Origin: Chiloscyllium plagiosum
Lineage: Eukaryota
Direction: 5' to 3'
NCBI RefSeq assembly: GCF_004010195.1
Contig: NC_057744.1
Coordinates: forward strand, 29,727,377-29,791,376
DNA: 64,000 nt
This document shows, piece by piece, positions 25,690 through 38,990 of the stretch. The notes under the pieces are model-generated. The model saw only the letters and a program-made list of their open reading frames with translations, was not told where the DNA came from and ran no database searches. A program made the position numbers and the translations under genes. Every line of letters begins with the position of its first letter. Positions within the stretch are counted from its first letter, which is position 1.

Positions 25690-28085
25690 GCACAGTTGAT
25701 GAGGTGGAAAGTGAAAGATTTGAACTGAAATCAGACAAGGCCCTTGAGGAATATAAAGGAAACAGGAAAGAGACTAACAAGGAATAAGGAGGGCTAAAAG
25801 GAGCCATGAAATGTCCATGGCAAGTATGATTTAAGAGAATCCAATGCATTTTATACATGTATAAGGAGCAAGAGTGTAGCTAGGGAAAGGGTAGGTCCGC
25901 ACAAAGACAAATTTATGCATGGAGTGAGAGGAAGTGAATGAGGTCCTTAATGAGTATTTACCAAGGTAAGATTAGGGAGGGAGATGTTGATATTCTAGAG
26001 CAAATCAATGTTAAGGAAGCTTGGGCGGCATGGCGGCACAGTGGTTAGCACTGCTGCCTCACAACGCCAGAGATGCAGGCTCAATTCCCACCTCAGGCGA
26101 ATCTCTGTGTGGAGTTTCACATTGTCTGGGTGGGGTTCCTCCGGGTGCTCCGGTTTCCTCCCACAATCCAAAACTGTGCAGATTAGGTGAACTGGCCGTG
26201 CTAAATTGCCTGTAGTGTTGGGTGACGGGGTAAATGTGGGGGAATGGGTCTGGGTGGGTTAGGCTTTGGCGGATCAGTGTGGACTTGTTGGGCCGAAGGG
26301 CCTGTTTCCACACTGTAAGTAATCTAAATAAAAAATAAATAACTGGGGTTGGGTATCTTGAAAAACATTAAGGTTGATAAGTCCCACAGTCTGACTGGAT
26401 CTATCCTAGAAATCAGAGGGAGGCAAGGGAGGAGATTGCTGGGGCCTCAATAGAGATCTTTGTATCCTCTTTAGCCATGGGCGAGGTCTCAGAAGAGAAT
26501 AGTCAATGTTGATTTTTTTGTTTAAGGTGGGCAACAGGGATAATCCAGAAAATTATGAGCCAATGAACCTTACATCAATGGTAGGGCCGTTATTGGAGAA
26601 GATTCTTAGGGACAGGATTTACTCGTATTTTGGAAAATAACAGACTATCAAAGACAATCAGCATGGCTTTGTGCCGGGTGGGGAGGGTGTGGGTCTTGGG
26701 TCACAAATTTGATTGAGTGTTTTGAGGAAGTCACAAAGATGATTGATGAAGATAGGACAGTAGATACTATCTACATGAACTTTACTAAAACATTTGACAA
26801 AGTTTCTTGTGGTAGGCTGGCGCAGAAGATTATGTCACATGTGTTCCACGGTGAGTTGGTAAGTTGGACACAAAATGGACTCGGTCGTGGAAGAGAGAGG
26901 GTAATTGTGGAGGGATGTTTTTCTGACTGAAGGTCTGTGACCAGTGGTGTTCTCCACGAATCAGTGCTGGGACTTCTGTTGTTTGTAATATATATGAATG
27001 ATTCAGATGAAACTGTAAGATCAGAATAATAAGTTTGCAGATGGCACAAAAATTGGCAGCATTGTGGATAGTGGGGGAGGTTGTCAAAGGATACAGGTCA
27101 GTTGGAAGGTTGGGCAGAGAAACGGCAGATGGAGTTTAATCTGGATAAGTATGAGGTGGTGCATTTTGGGAAGTCAAATGGAAGAGTTCAGTAAATGGCA
27201 GGATCTTTAGGACCATTTATGTACAGAGGGATCTAATGGTGCAAGTCCACAACTCCCTGAAAGTGGCAACACAAATAGATGAGGTGGTAAAGAATATGTA
27301 CAGCATGTTTGCCTTCATCGGCTGGGGCACTGAGTATAAAAGTTGACAAGTCATGTTGCACCTATATAATATTTTAGTTAGCCCACATTTGGAATATTGC
27401 ATACAGTTCTGGTTTCCATCCTGTAAGAAGAATGTGGAGACTTTGAAAGGGCACAAAAGAGCTTTACCACAATGTTCAGAACAGAAACAGTAATTGCTGG
27501 AGAAACTCAGCAAGTCTGGCAGCATTTGTGCAGGAAAAGCAGAGTTAACGTTTCAGGTCCAGTGACTTTGCTGAGTTTCTCCAGCAATTTCTGTTTTTAT
27601 TGTGAATTTCCAGCATCTGCAGTTCTTTGTTATTTTTTAACCAGGATGTGGACGAGATTGAAGTGTATTAGTTATAAGGAGAGATTAGATGAACTTCGAT
27701 TGTTTTTGCTAGAATGTTGGAGGGTGACAGGTGACCCACTAGAAATGTGTAAAATTATGAGAGGCATGGATATAGTGGATAGACAGTCTTTTTCCCACGG
27801 TGGTAAGGTCAGTTATGGGGGGGTGTGGGCATAGGTTTAAGGTGAGAGGGGGGAAGTTGAGAAGAGATTTTTTTTACACAGACAGTAGTAGATGCTTGGA
27901 ATATGCTGACAGGGAGATGATCAAAGCAGATGATAGCATTGTTTAAGGGACATTTAGATAGACACATGAACAGGCAGAGAATAGAGGGATACAGAACATG
28001 TGCAGGCACATGGGATTATTGTAAAATGGCATCATGACCGGCACAGACATGGTGTTTCTGTGCTGTCCTCTTCTATGTTCTATTA
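25690..28085 (+). mobile_element. Long decayed CR1 ORF2 with nested HE1 SINE and family C element
   Basis: IECFEEVTKMIDEDRTVDTIYMNFTKTFDKV RT motif, KFADGTK, HLEYCIQFW and tail ttctatgttcta. Confidence 0.9.
26022..26327 (+). mobile_element. HE1-type V-SINE
   Basis: tRNA head ggcacagtggttagcactgctgcctcac, V-domain ctccgggtgctccggtttcctcccac and CR1-like tail gggcctgtttccacactgt. Confidence 0.9.
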
Positions 28086-28729
28086 TATGCAAAGATTCAC
28101 CCCTAGCTATTACAGCCTGACACCATGAAACTCAGTCACCCTAACCACCATACATTAACTACAGATTCAGCTCATTGATGTTATTATTACTGCTTGCTGA
28201 TACTTAAGGCTGAGAAATAAAAGGTAATTACTAGTTAATTAGCAACTCTATTTTTGTCAGATAATTAAAATGCACTCATTGTAAATCTCTGAAGTGTCTG
28301 CAGAAGGATGAAAGATCCAGAGATGAAATGGAATTCTTTTACACAGTGAGGTTTGATAATATGGAAAGCACTGTACAATGGCAGCAGATTCAATAGCCGC
28401 ATTCAAAAGGAAATTGTGTAGTGTAAGATAATTGATATGAAAATGTCAGTCGAACAGTGAAGCTGAGGCTCTGTCCACTGTGATATGTAAGTGGTTCAGT
28501 AGCCTTAAGAAGTCTTATGGAGTTTTGGGCAGACAGCAGTCTGGCCTAGTTTCTAATGAAAGCCTATGCCACAGAAATTGCTGGAAAAGCTCAGCAGGTC
28601 TGGTAGCATCTGTGGAGAGAAAACACGAGTTAACATTTCGGGTCGAGTGACCCTTCCTCAGATCTGGGCATCTCAGAACTCAACCTGAAGAGTTAATTCT
28701 GATTCTCTCTCCACAGATGCTGCCAGACT

Positions 28730-29410
28730 GTAAGGGGAAGCTAAATAGGCTGGGGCTGCTTTCCCTGGTGTGTCGGAAGCTGAGGGATGACCTTATAGAG
28801 GTTTACAAAATCATTAGGGGCATTGATAGGGTAAATAGAAAGGTCTTTTGCCTGGGTCTTTTGTGCCCTTTCAAAGTCTCCACATTCTTCTTACAGGATG
28901 GAAACCAGAACTGTATGCAATATTCCAAATGTGGGCTAACTAAAATATTATATAGGTGCAACATGACTTGTCAACTTTTAAGCTAAACAGGCTGGGGCTG
29001 CTTTCCCTGGTGTGTCGGAAGCTGAGGGATAACCTTATAGAGGTTTACAAAATCATCAGGGGCATTGATAGGGTAAATAGAAAGGTCTTTTTCCTGGGGT
29101 GGTGGAGTCCAGAACTAGGGAGCATAGGTTTAGGGTGAGAAGGGAAAGATTTAAAAGGGAGCCAAGGCGCAACTTTTCACACAGAGTATGGCTCATGTAT
29201 GGAATGAGCTGCCTGAGGAAGTGATGGAGGCTGGTACAATTATAACATTTAAAAGGCATCTGGATGGGTATACGAATAGGAAGGGTTTAAAGGGATATGG
29301 GTCAAATGCTGGCAAATGGGACTAGGTTAATTTAGGATATCTGGTCAGCATGGACGAGTGGTACCAAAGAGTCTGTCTCATTGCTGTACATCTCTATGAC
29401 TGTATGGTTC
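28730..29410 (+). mobile_element. CR1 3' fragment with internal duplication and inverted templated insert; splits a family C element
   Basis: LNRLGLLSLVCRKLRD.LIEVYKII occurs twice; tail tctctatgactgtatg; family C sequence resumes at about 29415. Confidence 0.9.
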
Positions 29411-30208
29411 TATGGCCTGCTGAGCTTTTCCAGCAATTTGTTTTTGTTTCTAATTTACAGCATTCACAGTTCTTTTGGTTTATATCATGCCTTATCTACC
29501 TCTTGTTAAGAGTGGTTAATATTCTTAAGAGTTAATTCAACCCATTCTAGTTACTGTGATATAATAAACTGTATCTTGTTATTGGAGATAAGAGCCTCTT
29601 TCTCCTCGTCCATTCCCTACTACTGACTGGTATATGGTTCCTTACACTAGCACAGGAACAAAGATTCACTGCAGCACTCTACCTAATGTCCTCAGGTCAC
29701 ACATCATGACTACATCAAATTGTATAGATACAACTCAAAATTTGGAGAGCTACTGGGGAACCATAGGGGAGTGGAATGAATTGGAACTATTGTTCAGTGG
29801 TCTGGCATTGGCATGATAACCCAAATCACATTCATGTTGTATGATTCAATTATTCTGTGATAAGGTAATTGAATCATTGCAATAAAAGGTGCAAGTTAGA
29901 TCAGGCTTTTTAAAGGAAACATCAAAGATTGAAAGTAATGAAGATGATGGGTCAGTCTGTATCCATGAAGAAATCAGCCAAACTAATGTGTCAGGTGTAA
30001 ATCCTTACATAGATCTGGATGAAATTCTAGATAAACCACATTTAAGAAGGTACAGAAGAGGAAAGGTGTGGGATCAATAGGCAGGAAACATAGAACGACC
30101 TATAAAATAATTCAATGAAAAATGGGGATGGATAAATTGTCGAAATGGAAATACTATAAGACAATATTGCACCTTCTGTTCCTCAGGCTAGATCCTCTAC
30201 CTCAAATT

Positions 30209-30520
30209 GGCAGCAGGGTGGCACAGTGGATAGCACTGCTGCCTCACAGTGCCAGAGACCTGGGTTCAATTCCCACCTCAGGCGACTCTCTGTGTGGAGT
30301 TTGCACGTTCTCCCCATGTCTGTGTGGGTTTCCTCCGGGTGCTCCGGTTTCCTCCCACAATCCAAAAATGTGCAGGTTAGGTGAATTGGCCATGCTAAAT
30401 TGCCCGTAGTGTTAGGTGAAGGGGTAAATGTAGGGTGATGGGTCTGGGTGGGTTGCGCTTTGGCGGGTCGGTGTGGACTTGTTGGGCCAAAGGGCCTGTT
30501 TCCACACCGTAAGCAATCTA
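30209..30520 (+). mobile_element. HE1-type V-SINE
   Basis: Same head, V-domain and tail as 26022-26327. Confidence 0.9.
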
Positions 30521-31094
30521 CTAAAGAATTCCATAATATGCCCTGTTCTCCTCTCTGTGTCATTCAGATGCTGACTTTCTTGCCAATGATAAATAGTGTA
30601 GGGTAATGCAGGTAAACATAGTCCACAAAGATCCACAGGCAGATCAATGGTTTTATATATAAGAGGGGAACTAGTCTGCAAGGCAAGGCAAGGAGGCAGA
30701 TCTCTGCGAGCTTCCACTGACAGCCTGGGTACGGATACTGCACTATTCATCATTCTGGATCATATTCTAGCTAAACGATGTGCTGATCCCATCTACAAGA
30801 CAATGTGAGGTACAATGAGAGAAATTGTAGGTAAGGTTAATATGCAGAGAATATATGGTTGCTGAGGTTGTTTGGTGGCCAACTAGAAAGATGGAATAAA
30901 GAAGCAGGCCAAGTGAAGCATGCTCCAACAGTTAAGGAATCGTGGAGAGGAAAGCAGGAGGTTGACATGAAACAAGCTCTCTTCCCATATAGTGTTTTGA
31001 AGTAGCCTACCCTTCCCAGCAATACCATCACAACTAACTTCTATTCCACAAACTCAGTCAATTCAGATAGATTTCCATCACTTTACAAGTGGTT

Positions 31095-31745
31095 AATGTG
31101 GTCAAGAAGGCATATGGTAAGCTTGCCTTCATCGGTCAAGACAGTATAAAAATTGGCAAGTCACATTGCAGCTGTATGGAACTTTAGTTAGGCCACATCT
31201 GGAATATTATTTACAGCTCTAGTCACCATTACCAGAAGGATGTAGAGGCTTTGGTGAGGGTACAGAAAAGCTTCACCACAATGTAACCTAGTTTGTAAGG
31301 TATTGGCTATGAGGGGAGATTGCACAAACTTTGATTTGTTTTCACTTGAACTTTGGAAGCTGAAGGGTGACCTGATAGAGAGTTTCAATATTATGAGAGG
31401 CATGAATAGAAGGGATAGTTGGAGACATTTTTCCCCAATTACTGTATCAATTACTGAGACATAGGTTTAAGGTAAAAGGGGGGAAGTTTAAAGGAGATGT
31501 GAGAAACAAGTTTTTTTTCAGAGTTTGGTAAGTTCCTGGAATGGGCTGCCAGAGGAGAGATGGAGGCTGATACAACAGTAATGTTTAAGAGACATCTTGC
31601 TAGTTGCAGGAATAGGCAGGGAATAGGCAGATATAAACAGCGTAGATGCAAAAGGTTTCTGATTTGGAAAGGTGTCATGTGTTGGCACAGGCTTGGTGGG
31701 CCGAAGGACCCATTCCTGTGCTACACTCTTCTTTGTTCTCATGTT
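31095..31745 (+). mobile_element. CR1 3' fragment
   Basis: LVRPHLEY motif, LKGDLIE and CR1 3' UTR. Confidence 0.8.
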
Positions 31746-32960
31746 CCACTTTGCCACCACCTCTGCTGGGTCTGTTCTGCTGCTGGGGCAGGACATATCC
31801 AGGGATGGTGATGTTGGTGTTTGGGGCATTGTAATATATGATTCCGTGATTCTGAGTATGTGAGGCTGGAGTTTGACTAATTTGTGAGCTATCTCTTCTA
31901 ATTTTGGCTCTAACCCCCAGATGTTAGTGAGGATGAATTTACAGGGTCAAAAGGGCTGTTTTTGCCATTGTCGTTTCTGGTGCCTAGGTCAGTGCCAGGT
32001 GATCCAAACAATTTCATTTCTTTGTTGAGACTCCACAGTGATTGATACAACTGAATGGTTTGCTTGGCCATTTCAGAAGGCATTTGACAGTCAACTACAT
32101 TGCTGTGGCTCTGGAATCGCATAAGAAAATAACAACTAGGAGAAGGAGTAGGCCATCTGGCCTCTCAAGCCTGCTCCGCCATTCAATAAGCTCATGGCTT
32201 ATCTATTCATGGCATCAGCTCCATTTACGCACTCTTTGACCATAACTCTTCATTCGTTTTCTGTTCAAAAGATTTTCTGTCTTAGCTTTAAACGCATTTA
32301 CTGAGGCAGAGAATTCCACAGATTCACAATCCACAGGGTGAAGAAGTTCATTCTTAATTCAGTCCTAAATCTGTTCTCCCTAACTTTGAGGCTATGCCCT
32401 CTTGTCCTAGTTTTACCTGACAGTGAAAACACCCTCTCCACTTCTATCTTATCATAATTTTATATGTTTCGATAAGATCCACACCCCCCCCCCATCCTTC
32501 AAAATTCCAATGAATATAATCCCAGTCTGCTCAGTCTCTCCTCATAAGCCAATCCCCTCAACTCTGGAATCAACCTAGTGAACCTCCTCTGTAGCCCGTC
32601 TAGTGCCAGTACATCCTTTCTCAAGTAAGGAGACGCAAACTGCACAAAGTACTCTAGGAGTGGCCTCACCAGCTCCCTATATGGCTGCAACATGACCTCC
32701 CCGCTTTTAAACTCATCGCCTTAATGAAAGACAAAATTCAATTGGGCCAGACCAGATGAGGATGGGAAATGTCCTTCCCTGAAGAACATTAGTGAACCAG
32801 ATGGGATTTTCCAAAAACCAAACATAGTTTCATGGTCATCAGTAGATTCTTAATTCTGGATATTTTCATTGAATTTTATTGAACAAAGGGCACCAGAACA
32901 TTAGCTGTGTTTCTAGATTAATAATCTTAAGCGACACTACAACAAGCGTCACCTCCCAAA
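31746..32960 (-). mobile_element. 5' end of a LINE (SINE-like head then APE endonuclease start), interrupted by a CR1 at about 32122-32742
   Basis: Minus strand 31935-31746 reads LTNIWGLEPKLEEIAHKLVKLQPHILRITESY...TIPGYVL...RPSRGGG; upstream sequence matches the SINE at 12188-12440; nested CR1 reads LVRPLLEYFVQF...QRRFTRLIP. Confidence 0.75.
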
Positions 32961-35215
32961 AAAAAGACGTTAGCTATACAGTATTCTGACCTTGACAGTT
33001 TAAAGCCCAGGCTGACCATAGTCCAAACCTACACACTAGATAGAAGAAAATAAAATAAATTATTTTGTGACTTCCACATTTTCTGGAGAAGTGACATTAA
33101 TTTATTTTGAATTGCTCCATTTCGTGTATTATGTATCTGAATTCAAATTTAATAGCAATTAAATAAATTAATTTACGTTAATTTATGCCTTAATTGCAGG
33201 ACAACATAATAAAAGCCATCAGCATTTGGCTCATTTCACCTCTAATAAATGGCAATTGAAGGAGTTAGCTTTTGTGAATAAAGCATTTAATGAGAATGAA
33301 TATGATTAATTGAAAAGATGGGACTGGTGCAGAGGGGAAACAGAAGTTTAATATAGTGAGGGGAATAATTTCTGAAGTGTTACACAGATATAAGAACAAT
33401 GTTCAGATCTATATGGTTGGCAATCATTGAAGAGCCCCATAACCCATAAGCCTAGAGGGATTCATGAGCATGTAATAACACACTCTGCAAATATTATTGT
33501 TAAGTGGTTACTGGGGAGTTCATAACTCACCTTAATTTTACACAAAGCCTGACTACCAACAGTGAGATTAGTTACTTGCCAATTGCAAATTGTCATGGTC
33601 ATAACTGAGAACATTTCATGTTGCACAAAGGGCTCACTCTATAAAATATTTTTAGTGATTGTCCTTCCACCAGTGACTCATAAGTGAAATAAATCTCCAG
33701 AAATTACTAAACACAGTTATCTCTTGCTCTTTGCTCGTTTCCAATTCTCCCATGTTTGGCCTTCCACAGTCAGTCAGAAGGAACTTTTGGATCTTACAAA
33801 TGTACAAACTACTATTTAGCCACTAAAGACTGTTCTGCAAATCAATGAGGTCATGACTGACCCACACCCCAACTCCATTTGACTGCCTAATGTCCATATT
33901 CCTCAATATTATGAACAACAAACATTTTTGTGATTTCAGACTTGGAAGCACTGATTGGCCCCGATATCTATAGCCTCTTGGAATAGACAGCTCCAGATTT
34001 ATACTACCTCACTGGGAACATTGAGAATATCAGCACCACATTATGAAATGATGAAGATGGCGTGATGGGGCTGGCCTTTCCCATCAGCATGAATTAACTT
34101 ACCACAGCTCTAATACAGCAAGGTGCAGTCCAAATGCTGTTGAGTGACATTGGAATTGAGGATTCAAACCTACATCTTTGTGGTTAGGAAGTTGCTCTTG
34201 AGGCACTGACAGGTAGTGCTAACGGCCTTTTGTAAAGCAGTGCATTATTTGTTTTACTGAAGGGTAGATTTGCAAAAGGGTATGCTTGGAAGGAAACATT
34301 TCAAATGGGTCATTCTTATTTATACTTTTCATTGGTGTCAAGATAAGCCTCAAATGTAGGTCACCACAGATAGATGATGCAATAAACAGTCTACTTTAAT
34401 GAAAATGAATGAGACCAGCCACCCGCAAGTGTGTTTTAATGTTTACTGTGGATTGCATACGTGATTTGTGGAGCATTTACTTTTGTTTGGGTCTTTAGAG
34501 TTCCATATGCAGTCACACATTGACTGAAAGAGCAGCTCATTGTTAATCAGGCTTCAACTGCACTTGTTTATCATTGAGAGTATCCAGGTCAGGAGGGGAT
34601 TTCAGGCAAACAAAATACAGAACAAACGTGTTCATCCCTTAGAGACATCCACTGTTGTTTTTTTCTCCTCAAAACAAAGAAAACATAAATGTCCAAAGCA
34701 GTAAATTTGAAATGTATGGAATCTGAGGGGAGAGAAAGCTAATATTTCATCAGAACTGGGGAGGGTGGGGGTGCGAGGAATAGGGTTGGAAGATAAAGGA
34801 GGCCCTTAATATTATTGAACAAAACAAGTACATACAGCAGATAAAGGTTATGAGTTCAGGACAGAGACTGTTATTGCAGTTAATGGATTAAGAGTTTAAA
34901 ACCTGGGAATTGGCATCTTTCTAAAGCTGGTAAGAGGTAACAAAGTGCTGATTGATGTACAAAGATGGGATTAGGTCATTTTATGTAGGTGAGATATTGA
35001 CAAAGTGGAGGTTGTGTTACCCTTGGGATAAGATCATGACTGCAGAATGATCAGGTTTTTACTCAGCCGGAGATGTAGAAATGCTGAGGATGGGGATCGG
35101 CTCTGCATTTTTATGGAGGGGTCATTCAAAGGAAATGTGAGAGAAGTTTAAGAAAATCAAATATAGTTATTGCACATTATTTCAGTCAAGAACAACTAGA
35201 ACACCTTTAAAGGCA

Positions 35216-35370
35216 GAAGTTGCACAACACCAGGTTATACTTCACCTGACGAAGGAGCAGTGCTTCAAAAGCTGTTGATTTTAAATAAACCTGTTGGACG
35301 TTGGACCTGGTGTTGGGTGACGCCTGACTTTGGCCACCCCAGTCTAGCACCAGTACCTCCACATCATGGC
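35216..35370. mobile_element. Penelope mini-element (family A variant)
   Basis: Short inverted arm plus cacCTGACGAaggagcagtgcttc core; TSD-like acctt(t)aaaggca on both sides. Confidence 0.7.
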
Positions 35371-36142
35371 TACCTTAAAGGCATAATGTTTATGCAGGTA
35401 AGTAGATTTTTGAGGTCAAAAAGTTAAATAAAAATAACTCTGAATGTTTTAATAAATTTAATCGGAAATGAAATAAGGAGGGGTAAAGAAATTCGAGAAG
35501 GGTAAAGAATGTCAACAAAATGAATATAAGAGCAGCAAAAACATGATAAATGGTAGTTCAAACAGGTAAAGAGTATTGGAGAAACAGCATAACAGGAGAT
35601 ACAAAAAACAGCAAGATTAGATGCATTTTATACCAAAACAGGGAGAGTGCCGTCTGGTAAAAGAAAAACTCAAAACAACTTTACTAAGTATGAGACATAA
35701 ACTGTTAATACAGTAAATAATACTTCCTCCACTTATTCACAGGGGAAGGGCAATGGCATGTTCTCTATAAATCATAATAATACCAGTAAAATTAATAGCT
35801 TCAAGATCAATAAGATGGAACTTATACAGATTAAAAAGCCTGAAAACAAATAAATCCCTAGGGATGGATGTTATTTATCCTTGAATACTAAATACCAGAG
35901 ACAAGGGATGAGATTTGCAAGTATTGATAATGATCATGGAGCAGCCAATTAATGTTGGAGGAATACTCAAAAACATCTTTGTATGCTGCCTATTGTCCAA
36001 AAGGGTGCCAGATTAAACCCAGATGTCTACAGAGCTTTGTGCTTTACATCCACATTTTCTGAACTAATCTTTAAGTTGATCTATATGATATAGCCTACCT
36101 TACTTATGGGGGAATGATCCCGACTGACCAATGCTTTGCAGC

Positions 36143-36356
36143 TTCTGAATTATAGTGGTGCTGGAAAAGCACAGCAGTTCAGGCAGCATCCGAGCAGTAA
36201 AATCGACATTTTGGGCAAAAGTCCTTCATCAGGAATGCAGGCAGAGTGCCTGAAATGTCGATTTTACTACTCCTGATGCTGCCTGAACTGCTGTGCTTTT
36301 CCAGCACCACTCTAATCCAGAATCTGGTTTCCAGCATCTGCAGTCATTGTTTTTAT
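36143..36356. mobile_element. Palindromic Penelope mini-element (family B variant)
   Basis: Inverted arms; TSD ccaatgcttt(t)gcagc at 36128-36142 and 36357-36372. Confidence 0.85.
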
Positions 36357-36744
36357 CCAATGCTTTTGCAGCACCAATGCCTTGTTGAGGACTGGTATCA
36401 CCAACTTTCACAAACCATTTAACAAAGGCCCTATTGGCAGCTCATCGACCACTTTAAACATCCACTCAGTTGTGGCATATACAATATGCGGGATTCTGCA
36501 AAATGCACCGTAGCAACTCACTAAGTCTTCTTCAAACATCACCTTCAACAAGGACCACCTCAGAAGACAAGAGTATAGGTGTGTCAATGCACCACTTCCA
36601 ATTTCCCCTGTAAGCTGTGCATTAACAGATATTGCACATGTATCACTATGGTGTCGTAATCATTACATTAACTTGCAAACAGCAACATTCTATAAACATC
36701 AATGTGTGATCATGACATTTGTATTAATAATGTTGGTAAAAGGT

Positions 36745-36975
36745 TAAGTATTACTCAGGATATCATGAAGAGCTGCCTGCTTTTCTTCAATCTTATATGC
36801 CCTTCTGAGAATGCAGAAGGGGTTTTGGTTTCACATTCTATCTAAAAGATGACATATCTGACATTGAAGTAGCTCTTTACAGGAGTGTAATCCTGAATTT
36901 TGTGCAGACGTTTTAGAAGTGGTTTTAACCTTTGGAGTCAAATAGGAGAAAGTTAACAATGGAGCCACGGCTGAC
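36745..36975 (-). mobile_element. Deu-domain SINE (SacSINE1/AmnSINE1-like), decayed
   Basis: ggtttcacattctatctaaaagatgacatatctgaca resembles the Deu core; related copies at about 48480-48730 (-), 48920-49240 (+) and 61170-61500 (+). Confidence 0.6.
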
Positions 36976-37127
36976 AAAATGAAAGAAATGATGGATGACA
37001 AAAGTTGTATAATTCATGCTTCTACACATTTTTTTTCTCATATACTTCAATAAATCAAAAAGCCTACACTTGTTATGAACTGCCATTCAGCTGAATGCAC
37101 AAAATATATGAGAAAGCATGACACTGC

Positions 37128-37666
37128 TGTAACAACCCTGAGGATTATTTCAAATAACTATGACCATGCTGCTCCTTTAACAAGATTATGTTGTCCTTGG
37201 TTTTTTTTCAGAGGGGTCATAAAGTCAGAGGTTCCAATATGTCTGGGTTAATCTATTTGAGAATGCTTTAAAGTCTTTCTTTTAAAATATTTATACAATG
37301 AAAAGGGAATGGCCAGTTCTCCCAGTTCAGGGCTTGGTTTTGTGTTCGAGACTGCTAGTCAAAGAAACAGCTCCATGCTGATCCTCTGTCCCTCTGCCAT
37401 CTCTTCTGTCAGAACCTGTGTTAGATTTTACCTTTTTTTGCCAAGGGGCAGTTTATGGGGATGTTGCAAGTGTTTGGAACTGCAACAGAGTCGACTGGGT
37501 TTTCAAATACTTATGTTATTCTAAATTTGATTCTCTTTTTCTCATGTGTATAAATAAATTTTGTTTTGTTTAAAGGCATCACTCCTGGAATATCCACTTT
37601 ACACCTGCTTAAAATAACAAGAGAAGTTAGAGTCTGGGTTACCTTCTTGAAATGTCTGCAGCATAA
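37128..37666 (+). mobile_element. Probable solo LTR
   Basis: Starts TGTAAC, internal aataaa near 37552 and LTR-like composition; terminal CA and TSD not clear. Confidence 0.4.
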
Positions 37667-37821
37667 TTGAAAAACAGCCAATGGATTGTATTCAGCCTAA
37701 ATGACAAAATCAAACATTTTTCAAGTTAACTATAATGAGAAGTTTAGATAACAATAAATGACTGAACTTGCATTGCATATTTCCAGGTTGACGAAGCCCA
37801 TGAAAACAAATGTTGTTTGAT

Positions 37822-38115
37822 CAGATTAGATTACTTACATTGTGGAAACAGGCCCTTCGGCCCAACAAGTCCAGACCGACCCTGCAAAGACCAACCCACC
37901 CAGACTTATTCCCCTACATTTACCCCTTCACCTAACACTACGGGCAATTTAGCACGGCCAGTTCACCTAACCTGCACATTTTTGGACTATGGGAGGAAAC
38001 CGGAGCGCACCCACGCAGACACGGGGAGAATGTGCAAACTCCACACAGACAGTTGCTGAGGCGGGAATTGAACCCGGCCCTGTGAGGCAGCAGAGCTAAC
38101 CACTGTGCCACCGTA
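37822..38115 (-). mobile_element. HE1-type V-SINE
   Basis: Reverse complement of the HE1 head, V-domain and tail. Confidence 0.9.
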
Positions 38116-38209
38116 CCGGAGGTAAAATTGATATGGCTAATTTACTATCCTATTTGGGCACCATTTGAACTCAGGCCTGTTACTGGTTGGTCCAGAATCC
38201 GGCCTGAAT

Positions 38210-38990
38210 CAGGAAGATGTAGGAGCAAAAGTAGGTATTTCAGCCCATTGACTCTGCTCCACCATTCAATGCAATCATGGCAGATCTGATATTCCTAAAT
38301 ATCACTTTCCTGTCTTTACCCCATAATCCTTGATTTCTTCACTGATTAAAAATTGATCTCAGCCGATTTACAGCTCTTTGCAGTAAAGAAGTCAACAGAT
38401 TCATTACCTCTGAGAGAAGATATTCCTCCTCATCTCTGTGTTAAATGGGTGCCCCTGGTCTGAGCATCTTCCACAAGGAGAAACAATCTCCCACCATTGA
38501 TCATATCAAGCCCCCTAACATTCTTTTATGTTATAATAAGGTCTTCTCTAATTCTTTGAAACTCTGATGAGTTCCTGATGAAGGACTTTTGCCCGAAACA
38601 TCGATTTTCCTGCCCCTTGGATGCTGCCTTACCTACTGCGCTTTTCCAGCACCATACTCCCAACTCTCTGTACTAGGGATCAGTCTAGTGAACATTCTCG
38701 AGACTACCTCCAATGCCATAGAGCCATACAACACGGAAACAGGTCCAACCAGTCCGTGCCAACCAAGTTCCCAAACAAAACTAGTCCTACCTGCCAGCGC
38801 TAGGCCAATACTCCTCCAAACATTTCTCAAACATGTGCTTATATAAATGTCTTTTAAATGTTGTAACTGTCACCCAACCATCACTTCTTCTGGAAGTTCA
38901 TTCCACACATGAACCACTCTCTATGTTAAAAATTTCCCCCATGTCTTTTTTTAAATCTTTCTTCCATCACCTTAAAAATATGCCAATTAG
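38210..38990 (-). mobile_element. Mosaic of two CR1 3' fragments and a family B repeat (about 38570-38665, +)
   Basis: CR1 3' UTR motifs; ttcCTGATGAaggacttttgcccGAAAcatcgat at 38572-38605. Confidence 0.75.

Noticed and set aside
26022-26100. tRNA-like sequence (also at other HE1 heads)
   Set aside because: Continues into the V-domain and CR1-like tail; it is a SINE head, not a tRNA gene.
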